Positions 46,617 through 56,346 of a DNA stretch of 64,000 nt are shown here, one piece after another. Numbering within the stretch: position 1 is the stretch's first letter; each line of letters opens with the position of its first letter. Origin of the DNA: an uncultured Akkermansia sp. Its GTDB lineage: Bacteria > Verrucomicrobiota > Verrucomicrobiia > Verrucomicrobiales > Akkermansiaceae. A program made the position numbers and the translations under genes. Location: NCBI GenBank assembly GCA_947624205.1, contig CANQJI010000001.1, positions 11,739-75,738 on the forward strand, given 5' to 3'. The notes beneath the pieces are model-generated. The model had not been told where the DNA came from and made no database searches. It saw only the letters and a program-made list of their open reading frames with translations.

Positions 46617-46917
46617 ATTATATCGTTCTAAAAATGAGGTTTGTTTCAGGATGATTCCGACGTCGGTGCGCTTACGTCACCCGCCGAGTGTACGCGCCCA
46701 CGCCCGCGAGGCATGAGCGGACGCGCAGGATGCCACAGAACTCCTCCTTTGTCAAGGAAAAACAAATTTTTTACGACATGATTTCCTCTGGCTGCGACCA
46801 GGGACAACCACATGAAAAAAATGCGGCTGTTATCTACGATTTATTGAATACGATGCGTTACGCAGATTTTCCGGATAAGCAATGCATGAGAGAGGATGGG
46901 AAAAGAGAAATGCCGCT

Positions 46918-47562
46918 CTACGATGAGGGAAGTTCTTGCGATTGCTGCAAATTGGGGGGTGATTGGTTTGCATCTGGTCTTTCCGGAGGATCCGTTGATT
47001 TTTCCTGCGGGCGATTAACGATGTTGGCGGCGGCTTGGAAACCTCGGGTGAGGCAGATGCCGATGCCGTCCACCGCGCGGTTGAGGGCATCCTGCAGAAT
47101 TTGCTGTTGTTCCGGGGGGAAGTTGCCGAGGACGTGACCGACGAGTGAGCCGGAGCCGTGCGAACCGATGCCGACACGGAGGCGAGGGAAGCGGTCTGTG
47201 CCGAGATGGGCAATGATGGATTTCATGCCGTTGTGTCCGCCGGCGCTGCCGCCTTCGCGCAGGCGCAGGGTACCGAGCGGCAGGGCGATGTCGTCGTACA
47301 CGACGAGAAGCTCAGACGGCGCGATTTTGAAGTAGCGGGAAAGGGAGCCCACGCACTCGCCGGAGTCGTTCATGAAAGTTTGCGGCTTGGCGAGAAGAAA
47401 ACCTCTTGAACCCGATACGAGGGCGCGATGGGTGCGATCTTTCTTCCAGCTCGCGCTCATCTTGTCGGACAGGAGGTCAAGCACCATGAAACCCGCGTTG
47501 TGGCGCGTGTTCACGTATTGGTCGCCCGGGTTGCCGAGACCGACGATGAGACGCAGGGACAT
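46918..47562 (-). CDS. pth: Peptidyl-tRNA hydrolase
   Basis: MSLRLIVGLGNPGDQYVNTRHNAGFMVLD, DDIALPLGTLRLR..GS.GGHNG.KSI. It has a C-terminal low-complexity extension of about 25 aa. Confidence 0.93.
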   Translation of the reverse strand: MSLRLIVGLGNPGDQYVNTRHNAGFMVLDLLSDKMSASWKKDRTHRALVSGSRGFLLAKPQTFMNDSGECVGSLSRYFKIAPSELLVVYDDIALPLGTLRLREGGSAGGHNGMKSIIAHLGTDRFPRLRVGIGSHGSGSLVGHVLGNFPPEQQQILQDALNRAVDGIGICLTRGFQAAANIVNRPQEKSTDPPERPDANQSPPNLQQSQELPSS

Positions 47563-47586
47563 AGGCAGGAAAAGTTGGCAGGAGTA

Positions 47587-49137
47587 TTACTCGCTCAGCA
47601 TGATACTGCGGTTGACGGCGTTGAGGTAGGCGCGCGCGCTCGCTTCAATCACATCGCTTGCCGCGCCTTTGCCGCTCACCGGGCGCGAACAGGTCTCCGA
47701 ACCCTCGCCGAAGATCACCTTCACCGAAACCTCTCCCAATGCATCCTGTCCTGCCGTGGTGGAGCGCACAGCGTAGTCCACAAGCTCGCCGCGGGTGCGG
47801 GTGATGCGGTCGATGGCCTTGAAGCAGGCATTCACCGGACCGTTGCCGATGGCGCAGTCGGTGTAGGGGCGGCCCTCCTTTTCCAGGGTTACGGTAGCGG
47901 TCGGTTTCGTGTTACTGCCGGCGGTGAATTGGATCATCACCATCTTCCATTTGCCGTGGTGCGTGTCCAGGGAATCATTTACCAGTGCCGAAAGATCGTC
48001 ATCGTACACGAATTTCTTGCTGTCTCCAATGTGCTTGAAGCGTTCGAAGACCTGTGCCAACTCCTCTTCGGAAAGTACGTGCCCCAGTTTTTCCAGCCTG
48101 GCTTTCACCGCCGCGCGACCGGAGTGCTTTGTAAGCGGCAGCTCAGTTTCGCCCCAGCCCACTTCAGCGGGATCCAGCACTTCATAAGTTTCGCGCTTGG
48201 AGAGAATACCGTGCTGATGGATGCCCGAGCTGTGCGCGAAGGCGTTTTCGCCGACGATAGCCTTGGAGCGTTGCACGGCGAGACCACTCATGCGGGAGAC
48301 TGTGCGACTTGTCTTCACGAGCTCGCGCGTGTTCACGGTGAGCACCCGGGCATCTTTCTCGAACCCGAAGGAATCCGGCCGCAACCGCAGCGCCATGATG
48401 ATTTCCTCGAGTGCAGCATTGCCGGCGCGTTCGCCGATGCCGTTGATGGCGCCTTCCACTTGGCGCGCGCCCGCCCCCACAGCCGCGAGGGAGTTTGCCA
48501 CGGCGAGTCCGATATCGTTGTGGCAGTGTACGGAGATGATGGCGCGCTCAATGTTGGAGACGTTCTTGCGCAGGTAGGTGATAAGATTGGCGAATTCGGT
48601 AGGAGTGCTGTAGCCGACGGTATCCGGGATGTTCACGGTGGTCGCTCCGGCATCGATGACGGCCTCCACCACTTGCGCGAGGAAGTCCCACTCCGTGCGG
48701 CTGGCGTCTTCAGCCGAGAATTCGACGTCCTTCACGAGGCTGCAGGCGAGTTTCACATGGCGCACGGCGAGATCCAGCACTTCTTCCTTTGTCTTGTGGA
48801 GTTTGAACTCGCGGTGCAGGGGACTTGTGGCGAGGAAGGTGTGGATGCGTCCTCGTTCGCCCGCTGCCGCTACGGCTGCAGCCGCCTGACGGATGTCATT
48901 CTCCACGCAGCGTGCCAGGCCGGCGATGACGCAACTTTTCACCGTGCGAGCGATGGAGGACACAGATTCAAAATCCCCGTCTGAGATGCAGGGGAAGCCC
49001 GCCTCGATGATGTCGACTCCCAGCTTTTCCAGTTGGCGGGCCACTTCGAGTTTCTGCCGCAGGTTCATCGATGCTCCGGGGCATTGTTCTCCGTCTCGTA
49101 AGGTGGTGTCAAAGATGCGTACGTGGTCAGTTTTCAT
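47587..49137 (-). CDS. leuA: 2-isopropylmalate synthase
   Basis: VRIFDTTLRDGEQCPGASM, HCHNDIGLAVANSLAAV.AGA..VEG.INGIGERAGN, and a C-terminal LeuA dimerisation/regulatory domain. I chose the ATG at 49137 (MKTDHVRIF...) over the longer ORF. Confidence 0.95.
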   Translation of the reverse strand: MKTDHVRIFDTTLRDGEQCPGASMNLRQKLEVARQLEKLGVDIIEAGFPCISDGDFESVSSIARTVKSCVIAGLARCVENDIRQAAAAVAAAGERGRIHTFLATSPLHREFKLHKTKEEVLDLAVRHVKLACSLVKDVEFSAEDASRTEWDFLAQVVEAVIDAGATTVNIPDTVGYSTPTEFANLITYLRKNVSNIERAIISVHCHNDIGLAVANSLAAVGAGARQVEGAINGIGERAGNAALEEIIMALRLRPDSFGFEKDARVLTVNTRELVKTSRTVSRMSGLAVQRSKAIVGENAFAHSSGIHQHGILSKRETYEVLDPAEVGWGETELPLTKHSGRAAVKARLEKLGHVLSEEELAQVFERFKHIGDSKKFVYDDDLSALVNDSLDTHHGKWKMVMIQFTAGSNTKPTATVTLEKEGRPYTDCAIGNGPVNACFKAIDRITRTRGELVDYAVRSTTAGQDALGEVSVKVIFGEGSETCSRPVSGKGAASDVIEASARAYLNAVNRSIMLSE

Positions 49138-49190
49138 AGTAGTGCCCCCCATGTTATTCCCTCGTTTCCTCCGGGTCAAGAAAAAAGTGA

Positions 49191-49239
49191 ATCCTCACGC
49201 ACGCGCGCTTTGAGCGGGCGTGCGCGAGGGACATGATTT
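49191..49239 (-). promoter_or_regulatory. Terminator-like hairpin plus T-run in the leuA leader (possible attenuator)
   Basis: Minus strand: CCTCGCGCACGC-ccgctcaaagcgc-GCGTGCGTGAGG (one G-U pair), then attcac-TTTTTT, about 50 nt upstream of the leuA ATG. Confidence 0.35.
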
Positions 49240-49444
49240 TCTATGTTGTTGAACCGTATAAAATATTCTGAAATTCAGAAGTTTACAGAAATATTCATAC
49301 ATGTGCCAACGTCGTGAAAAAAAGGATTAGATTTTCCCTGCATACACGGAGATTGAACTGCCAAAAACGTGGAAGAAGGCGTCGAATCTTCCAGAAAGTG
49401 CGCAGGCGAAAACGATCAAACGAAGGCACGAGGAAGAGGAACAA

Positions 49445-49800
49445 GGCAAACGCATTTCTAATGCGTTTGCCTATGTACGATGTATGATTTTCGATGTACA
49501 ACACGCACGACGGCCCCGTAGAGGGCGCACGCGTTAGCGGGCGGCGGTGGCAGGCGGGGCCTGCCTATGTACGATGTGCGATTTACGATGTGCGATTTGG
49601 GGAGTTCCCGCGCTTGCGCGCGAATTCGGCGGACTACGGCGGGGCGTGGAATGCGGCGCTGAGGCTGGGAGTTCCCGCGCTTGCGCGCGAATTCGGCGGA
49701 GGGCATTTGTCGTCATGATTTATGATGTGTATCAACGATCATATCAGTCAACAAGAGCATTTCATCTGTTGATTAACTTCTCCTCAAACGCGTTTGCCCT
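49445..49800 (+). repeat. MITE-like element, copy 9
   Basis: GGCAAACGCATTTCTAATGCGTTTGCC hairpin, two heptad tracts, a variant GC-rich module (GGCAGGCGGGGCCTGCC), two copies of GGAGTTCCCGCGCTTGCGCGCGAATTCGGCGGA, and a right arm ending CTCAAACGCGTTTGCCC. Confidence 0.85.
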
Positions 49801-49883
49801 GGAGAACAATGCGGAAGTCGGCTGTGTTCTCATTTTGAATATCAAATCTTGCCATGCGCGCGTGTGCATGGTAGGATCCTCCT

Positions 49884-52055
49884 ATGAAACGGCTTCTCTG
49901 CTGCATGATGTTGCTTGTCGGTCTGTTGTCGGGCGCAGCTCCGGGACAGGAAGGGGACACGTCCTTTCGTGCCGCTGTTGAGGCAAGCGTAGGCAGTTTT
50001 ACCCCAGGACAGAGCTTCTACATCGCCATGCGTGGCGCGATCCCCGAGGGGCTGCATGCCTATTACCGCAATCCCGGCAGTGTCGGAGAAGCGGTATCGG
50101 CTCAGCTCCGGCTCCCGGAAGGTTTTTCGGCTGAGGGGCCGTTTTGGGAGGTTCCGCACAGGATGAGTTCGTCCGGCGGCAGTATCCTGGCGTACGGGTA
50201 TGAGAAAGAAGTGGTGGCCGTCTGGCGTGTGCAGGCTCCGCAGAATTATTCCGAGTCCGGCGCTGATTTCGTGATTGATGCCACGGCGCAGCTCTGTTCC
50301 GACGAGGGCTGTCTTCCTACGCAGGAGGTTGGCGCTTCCCTCCGGCTGTCACGCGGGGATGGCACTGCTTCTTCGGCGTGGAATCAGGTTGAGCAGCGGG
50401 TGGAGACGCTCGGCGACGTTTCTCTTTCGCAGCTCTCCGCTTCCCGAGGGACAGGCGGTGCGATCGATCTTCGCTTTACCTCTCCCGTCAATCAGCAGGA
50501 AGCGTATTTTTTCAGCGATGACAACAGCGTCGCTCCCGATGCTCCTCAGACTGTCCGCCGTGAGGGCGATGCGTGGCTCCTCTCCCTGCCGTGCAACGAT
50601 GGCAAGAATCTCCTCTATCCCGCCCCTGAGAGACGTCCGAAAACGATCAGCGGCAATCTCGTGTTTGCCGATGGGTCGCACGCACGCATTGTTGACCTGC
50701 CGATCGAGTGGAATAACGGCTCCCGGTGGGTTGTCCCCGCGGGGTTGTGGGGTGTTGTTGCCGGCCTCTTCCTCGGGGGATTTCTGCTGAACCTGATGCC
50801 CTGCGTGTTCCCCGTTCTTGGACTGAAAGTGATGGGGTTTGTCGAGCTAAGCGGTGGCAGTCGGGGCAAGGTGGTGGCGCATTCTCTGGCGTTCACGGTG
50901 GGGATTCTGGTAAGCTTCTGGGTGCTCGGGTTAATCCTCGTGGGGGTGAGCCAGGCGCAGGCTCTGTTATCTTCCCCGTGGCAGGATTGGGCGAGTATCC
51001 TCCTCTGGGGGGATGAGGGAGGCGCGGATCGCAGTTGGGCTTCGTGGATGGAGAATCAATGGGTGGTGTACGGGATCGTGGTGCTGCTGATGGTGCTCGG
51101 GCTCTGGATGTACGGGGTCTTTGAGTTCGGGGCCCGTGCCACGGGCATCGGCGGCGAATTACAGCGTCGCGGCGGTATGATTGGCAGCTTCCTGCAGGGT
51201 TTGCTCGTCACGGTGGTCGCTACCCCTTGCAGCGGACCCTTCCTCGGCGCCGCCATGGCTCCGGCGATGTCGATGCCGGGACTCTGGTTGCTCGTGGCGC
51301 TCAGCGCGATGGCTGTGGGGCTCGCCTTGCCGTATCTCGTGCTCGGCATCTTCCCCGGGTTAGTCGCTATTCTGCCGCGTCCGGGGGCGTGGATGGAATC
51401 CCTGCGCCAGGCTTTTTCCTTTTTCATGCTGGCAGCGGCGGCGTGGATGCTGGATGTGTACCTGACCTTCGTCGATGGCGGGGCAGGTGTGATGATCGGT
51501 CTCGTGGTGGTGGCAGCCGGCTGCTGGGTGTTCGGTCGTTGGTGTCCGCTGTGGCGCAGCCGGCTGAGTCGTTGGCTGGGTGGATTTGTCGCTCTCTGTC
51601 TCGTGGGTGCCGGGGTGTTCTGGTCAATGCCGCGGAACCAGGAGGAAAATGCCGCTGTCGATTGGGTTGATTGGTCGCCCGCCGCCATGGCGGAAGCGCT
51701 CGAGGATGGCTCTCCGGTTTTCGTGGATTTTACCGCCAAATGGTGCGCTACCTGCCAGGGGAATAAATTGGTGGCGTACTCTGACGAGGTCATGCAATTG
51801 TTGGAGGAGCGTGGAGTCGTGCTCATGCGGGCGGACAAAACCAAGCCCAACGCAAAAATCGATGCTGAGTTGCGGCGTCTCAATCGCAGTGCCGTGCCGA
51901 CAAATGCTCTCTACCTGCCGGGCAAAGAACCCATCGTCACGCGTGAGTTGCTCACCCCGGATTATCTGTTGGATTTCCTCCGGGAAAATCTCCCCTCTGA
52001 GGAAGGACAGAATGAGGATCCTGCGGATGATTCCAATACGGAGAATGACGGCTAG
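49884..52055 (+). CDS. dsbD: Thiol:disulfide interchange protein DsbD
   Basis: Signal peptide and an N-terminal periplasmic domain. The central TM domain carries LNLMPCVFPVL and VATPCSGPF, and the C-terminal thioredoxin fold carries FTAKWCATCQ. Confidence 0.93.
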   Translation: MKRLLCCMMLLVGLLSGAAPGQEGDTSFRAAVEASVGSFTPGQSFYIAMRGAIPEGLHAYYRNPGSVGEAVSAQLRLPEGFSAEGPFWEVPHRMSSSGGSILAYGYEKEVVAVWRVQAPQNYSESGADFVIDATAQLCSDEGCLPTQEVGASLRLSRGDGTASSAWNQVEQRVETLGDVSLSQLSASRGTGGAIDLRFTSPVNQQEAYFFSDDNSVAPDAPQTVRREGDAWLLSLPCNDGKNLLYPAPERRPKTISGNLVFADGSHARIVDLPIEWNNGSRWVVPAGLWGVVAGLFLGGFLLNLMPCVFPVLGLKVMGFVELSGGSRGKVVAHSLAFTVGILVSFWVLGLILVGVSQAQALLSSPWQDWASILLWGDEGGADRSWASWMENQWVVYGIVVLLMVLGLWMYGVFEFGARATGIGGELQRRGGMIGSFLQGLLVTVVATPCSGPFLGAAMAPAMSMPGLWLLVALSAMAVGLALPYLVLGIFPGLVAILPRPGAWMESLRQAFSFFMLAAAAWMLDVYLTFVDGGAGVMIGLVVVAAGCWVFGRWCPLWRSRLSRWLGGFVALCLVGAGVFWSMPRNQEENAAVDWVDWSPAAMAEALEDGSPVFVDFTAKWCATCQGNKLVAYSDEVMQLLEERGVVLMRADKTKPNAKIDAELRRLNRSAVPTNALYLPGKEPIVTRELLTPDYLLDFLRENLPSEEGQNEDPADDSNTENDG

Positions 52056-52290
52056 GGCCAACGCATTAGGAAATGCGTTGGCCTATGTACGATGGACGAT
52101 TTACGATGTACGATTTGAATTATAGCGCGCCAGAGGCGCGGGAATTTGGCAGAGCAAGTGCGGATGGACAACGCGCATGCGTTGCCCCGACAGGGGCGAA
52201 CCGGCAGTGTGGTGCTGGTGAGTCAATTTGGAAAGTTCGCGCGCCTGCGGCGCGGGCGCGCGTAGCAAACGCGGGAGCTGAAATCGTGAA
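52054..52290 (+). repeat. MITE-like element, copy 10 (left part only; no recognisable right arm)
   Basis: AGGGCCAACGCATTAGGAAATGCGTTGGCC hairpin with compensatory A-to-C and T-to-G changes, four heptads, the GCGCGCCAGAGGCGCGGG palindrome, and a variant 87-nt module ending GGTGAGTCAA. The dsbD TAG stop overlaps its first bases. Confidence 0.8.
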
Positions 52291-52495
52291 GTGTCGATCG
52301 GATGCGGTTACAAAGCGACAGAGAAGCAGGTGGTGCTCGAGGGCGGCAAACAGGGTTTGCGGGTTGTCGCAGACCCGTGCCATTGTTTTGATACGGTTGA
52401 TGGGTTGATTATTGTTCCCGGACTTGACAGAAAGGGGGAGAATATGGTAGAAAGAGGAGCGTCTGCGGGGAGCGGAAACTTTTCAATAGGATTCT

Positions 52496-54664
52496 ATGAC
52501 ACCGTTTATCATCTCTGGACAAGAAAACATTGTGACTCCCGGTTTTTACATGCCGAACAGATTGAGCATTCGCTCCGGAAAAGCTCTACATCACCTTTTG
52601 GACGGGAAAGTTTGTTACCTGGTCGATTCTACTTTTCCGCCGGCGCCGGAGATTATGGATTATCTCAAGACGAAGGACATCACCATTGAGTACTTCGACT
52701 TTCGTCACACGACATCCCGTGCTGTGCGTGAGCAGATTTTGACGCACATGGACGAGGGAAAGAGCGTGGTCTTTCTGCCGGGGCAGGTGGCGAAGGTGCG
52801 CGGTGCTTTGGCGGATGTACCGTCTCCGTTTCTGCGTCATCTGGGTAGCTTGCATATCGCACCTGTACCGGTATTTTTGGGGTATTATGGGGACAAGATT
52901 ACGAACTTGTACCGCGAAAGAGAAGAGGCGGAATGCTGTGAAATTTTTCACATACTGCCAAAGTTAGCGGCCGGGCCGCAGACGGGTGAGCGTCTTCTGG
53001 ATGCGTGGCTGCAGAGAGGGGAGGAATTATTTTCGGCACGTCCGCTGCTGCAAGGATCGCTTACGACGCAGATTGTATTTGCTCTCCGGGCAAAACCGAA
53101 TGTGGAGACAATTGACGGGATGAGTGGGGCTGTCTTGCCGAATTACAAGGCGTTGGGCATAGCGATGACTGTGGCGCGAGCGTTGCGCAAGCGGGATGCG
53201 AAGCGTGTTGGGGTGATATTGCCGCCAGGTCCCGGGGGATTGATTGCCATTTTATCTTGCTTGCTGGCTGGGGTGACACCGGTAATCATCAACTATGCCA
53301 GCTCGCGCCCTGCATTTGAGAGCACTGTGCGCCAGGCAGGGCTCACCTGTTTCATCACTGCGCGCAAATTCATGCAGAAGTTACCTTCTTTCCCGTGGCC
53401 GGGGGAGGATCAGCTTATCCTCGTGGAGGATCTTATCAGGATGCTTTCCAAGGCGGCGCTCATCAGCAATATCCTTTTGGCTAAAGCCGCTCCTGCATCC
53501 ATGATCTGCAAGATGTTTGATACCGATCTGCACAGAGGGGATGACGAGGCAGTGTTGTTGTTCACCTCCGGCTCTTCCGGCGAACCCAAAGGCGTGGCAC
53601 TTTCCCATCGCATGCTCTTAGCGAATGTGGCCCAGTGTTCCTGCCGGATACCGCTGACAGAGGAACGCTTTCTCGGTAGCTTGCCAATCTTCCACAGCTT
53701 CGGGCTCACGGTGACACTGATGCTGCCGCTCCTTTGCGGGTACCCCATCTGCGCTTACCCGAATCCCACAGATGCTCGCACGCTCTGCGATTTGGTGAAG
53801 GAGTACAAACTTACACTTTTAGCCACTACCCCGACCTTTGCGCGCGCCATGTTGCGTCGAGCCGAGAAGGATACCTTTTCTTCCATTCACCATTTCATTG
53901 TGGGAGCGGAAAAGCTGCAGCCGGATCTGGAAGAGGAATACAAGCGTAAGTGCGGTGTCACTCTCCTGGAGGGCTATGGACTCACCGAAGCTACCCCTGT
54001 TTGTTCGTTGAATGTCAAAGATGCGCCCATGGTGCCAGGCTCCGCCTTCTACGTGCCGGGGAAGGTGGCGCGCAGTATTGGAACACCCTTGCCGGGTATT
54101 GCCGTGCGTATCACGGATGTGGAGGATGATACGAGGGAGCTTCCTCTCACCGAACGCGGTATGATTTGGTTCCGTGGTGCCAATGTCTTCCATGGTTACA
54201 TCGGTAAGCCGGAGCTCAACGATTCCATCTTTCACGATGGTTGGTTTAAGAGCGGCGATATTGGTCAGCTCGATCTCAACGGCTTCATCACCCTGGGCGG
54301 TCGCCTTTCTCGCTTCTCTAAAATCGGTGGCGAAATGGTTCCGCACGAGGGTATTGAAATGGCCATTACGCAAATTCTGCAGATTCCGCCGGAGGAAGGG
54401 GTGCAGATTGCCGTCACCGGTGTGGTGGATGAGCAGAAAGGCGAGGCTCTCGTGCTGCTCTCTTCTCTTCCTGCCCATCAGCGCAGCTCCAAGGAACACG
54501 AGATTCTTTCCATGATTCGTCTCGAGCTTGCTAAGCGAGGTCTCCCCAATCTCTGGGCTCCCCGCTATCTCGTGCCTGTGGAAGCTATCCCCGTACTCGC
54601 CACAGGTAAGCTCGATCTCCGTGGTTGTCGCCTTCTCGCTGAAGAAGCTCTCATGGAGGAGTAG
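52496..54664 (+). CDS. aas: Aas-like bifunctional-architecture protein: N-terminal acyltransferase-like domain plus acyl-ACP/acyl-CoA synthetase (AMP-binding)
   Basis: LLFTSGSSGEPKGVALSHRMLLAN, LPIFHSFGLTVTLMLPLLCG, VGAEKLQ, LLEGYGLTEATPVCSLNV, SRFSKIGGEMV, QKGEALVLL. The size (722 aa) and block order match my recollection of E. coli Aas. I did not find the N-terminal HX4D block. Confidence 0.75.
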   Translation: MTPFIISGQENIVTPGFYMPNRLSIRSGKALHHLLDGKVCYLVDSTFPPAPEIMDYLKTKDITIEYFDFRHTTSRAVREQILTHMDEGKSVVFLPGQVAKVRGALADVPSPFLRHLGSLHIAPVPVFLGYYGDKITNLYREREEAECCEIFHILPKLAAGPQTGERLLDAWLQRGEELFSARPLLQGSLTTQIVFALRAKPNVETIDGMSGAVLPNYKALGIAMTVARALRKRDAKRVGVILPPGPGGLIAILSCLLAGVTPVIINYASSRPAFESTVRQAGLTCFITARKFMQKLPSFPWPGEDQLILVEDLIRMLSKAALISNILLAKAAPASMICKMFDTDLHRGDDEAVLLFTSGSSGEPKGVALSHRMLLANVAQCSCRIPLTEERFLGSLPIFHSFGLTVTLMLPLLCGYPICAYPNPTDARTLCDLVKEYKLTLLATTPTFARAMLRRAEKDTFSSIHHFIVGAEKLQPDLEEEYKRKCGVTLLEGYGLTEATPVCSLNVKDAPMVPGSAFYVPGKVARSIGTPLPGIAVRITDVEDDTRELPLTERGMIWFRGANVFHGYIGKPELNDSIFHDGWFKSGDIGQLDLNGFITLGGRLSRFSKIGGEMVPHEGIEMAITQILQIPPEEGVQIAVTGVVDEQKGEALVLLSSLPAHQRSSKEHEILSMIRLELAKRGLPNLWAPRYLVPVEAIPVLATGKLDLRGCRLLAEEALMEE

Positions 54665-54939
54665 AGGAAGCAAGGAAGAAGATATTTTGGGATTTGGCTA
54701 ATTTTAGCCGATCCTGGCGATATCTTTGTTCTTGTGGTTTGTTCTCGCTTTGCAATTGCGTCCGTAGGTGATATCAATGATTTTTCACACAGCTTTGTCG
54801 AAGGCTGAACATAGTGTTTGATCTTCAAACCGTAAATCTAATTTATTGATAAATGCGACTTCTTGCGAGATTGTTCTAATCGTCGAATTTTGGTGTTTGC
54901 CAGGCGGAGGAAAATGTGATACGATGGGTCCAGACGCGT

Positions 54940-56310
54940 ATGAAGGGACAGAATTATATCGCTTGGACGGCAGTTATGTTATGTTTGGGAGTTGGAGTGC
55001 CGACCCCTGCACAGGAAGAAGATGAGGCTGTGACGGCAAACGAGACAGAGGCAGTCGCCCCGGCGGAGGGGGCGTCGGAAGAGGCCGGAGGGGAAAAGGA
55101 TCCATCGATGAAGATGGTGCAGGATATAGCGAAAATGCGTGCGGAAATTGAGGAGATCGTGAAGGAGTTTAGGGAGATCAAAGAGCCGACAAAATCGAAG
55201 GTTAGCCACTTTGAGCGCAGCAAAGAAGTAGCTGAAGAAAATTTTAAAAACGCCGAGAAGTACATCGAATCGATACGCAGTCTCAACGAGACTCTTACCG
55301 AGCTCACTTCCAAGGAATATGCACTTCAGAGAATTTCCCATGAACAATTGGATGTCTTTTTGGCCGAGGCCGACGCTGCTTTGAATGATGCTCTCCGTGC
55401 GATGGGTAAAAAATCGGATGAGATAAAACTGACGGGGCTTGAACTGTTTGAAAAAGCTGCTGACAAGTACCGTGGGTCCGGCATGTTTGGTTATGCGCTT
55501 CGAAAGTATCGCAGTATTGTAACCAAATTTGAAAAAGAGTGGTTGCGCACAAAAGGGGTTCTTGAACGTAATCGACTCAAACTTCTTGATTCGGTTCGAG
55601 AAAAGGCTGAGGCTTCGGAAAAAATTCAGCTTGCCAAGCTTGAACAACGGATGAAGTCGGCTGATAAGGATTTTAACAAGGATTGGTTTATTCCCCGTCC
55701 CAACAGCAATCTATTGATGTTGGAGCAGGCCTGTGAGCATGCCAAGAAGGCTTTGGCTGCGCTGGAACGCGTCGAGGGAGATGAGGGGATGGGACAATTG
55801 CCCCAGCTGCTGGAGGATTACTGGAATACGATTAACAGGGGAATCAACCTCATGCGTTCCGGGGAATTTGAATCTGCCGAATCTTTGCTCAAGGATGCGG
55901 AGGTCTTCCAAAATATCTCTCACTTGTCAGAGCCATGTCTCTCTATGGAGATGCGACGAATGCTCTCTGAGCAGGTGCGTGATCTCAATTCAGAGATTCG
56001 CAATCGTCGCAATGAGGTGCGGCGTAGCAAGCAGAGGATCGAGCGTGACGAGACGAATGTTCAACGTGCGCTGGATGTGGCAGCAAGCGCCATTGAGCGT
56101 ATGCGCGACGATGTAGCCGATATGCAGGAGGATGCCAAGAGACGCGAGGAGGAGGAAGCTCGCCGCCGAGAGGAGGAAGAGGAGCGTGCAGCTCTCGAGG
56201 AGGAGGAAGAAGAAGAGGAAGAGGTGAAGCCGGGAGATCAAGAAAGAAGCAGCGGAAAGGGGAAGAAGAAAACGCCTTCAAGGAAATCGAAAAAAGCGGA
56301 GGAAAAGTGA
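54940..56310 (+). CDS. Secreted coiled-coil protein with a highly charged Glu/Arg/Lys tail
   Basis: Signal peptide MKGQNYIAWTAVMLCLGVGVPTPAQ, long heptad-like helical sequence, and the C-terminus EEEARRREEEEERAALEEEEEEEEEVKPG...KKKTPSRKSKKAEEK. Confidence 0.6.
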   Translation: MKGQNYIAWTAVMLCLGVGVPTPAQEEDEAVTANETEAVAPAEGASEEAGGEKDPSMKMVQDIAKMRAEIEEIVKEFREIKEPTKSKVSHFERSKEVAEENFKNAEKYIESIRSLNETLTELTSKEYALQRISHEQLDVFLAEADAALNDALRAMGKKSDEIKLTGLELFEKAADKYRGSGMFGYALRKYRSIVTKFEKEWLRTKGVLERNRLKLLDSVREKAEASEKIQLAKLEQRMKSADKDFNKDWFIPRPNSNLLMLEQACEHAKKALAALERVEGDEGMGQLPQLLEDYWNTINRGINLMRSGEFESAESLLKDAEVFQNISHLSEPCLSMEMRRMLSEQVRDLNSEIRNRRNEVRRSKQRIERDETNVQRALDVAASAIERMRDDVADMQEDAKRREEEEARRREEEEERAALEEEEEEEEEVKPGDQERSSGKGKKKTPSRKSKKAEEK

Positions 56311-56346
56311 GGATAATTTCTTGCCGATATGATCTGCATAGAGAAG

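Noticed and set aside
46617-46917. A 300-nt gap between pth and rplY as a possible RNA gene
   Set aside because: I could not recognise a tRNA cloverleaf, repeat module or strong structure. The + strand ORF 46688-47137 overlaps the pth 3' end and looks spurious.
47428-48984. A 518-aa ORF on the + strand, opposite leuA
   Set aside because: It lies entirely antisense to a confidently identified gene. The translation is Ala/Gly/His/Arg-rich low-complexity sequence with no motifs, typical of a GC-rich shadow frame. The same applies to 8578-9645(-), 10525-11496(-), 13404-14459(-), 42581-43792(-), 44061-45149(+), 51056-51883(-), 53819-54673(-), 54979-55647(-) and 57428-58132(-).
49240-49345. A leader peptide for leuA attenuation (34-codon ORF ending in the leader hairpin)
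   Set aside because: It contains only two Leu codons and has no obvious SD, so it does not fit classical Leu-codon attenuation. It is kept only as context for the hairpin finding.
49430-49815. A degenerate target duplication around copy 9 (GAGGAACAA upstream vs GAGAACAA downstream)
   Set aside because: It matches only with an indel, and its position relative to the termini differs from the two clean cases. It could be chance.
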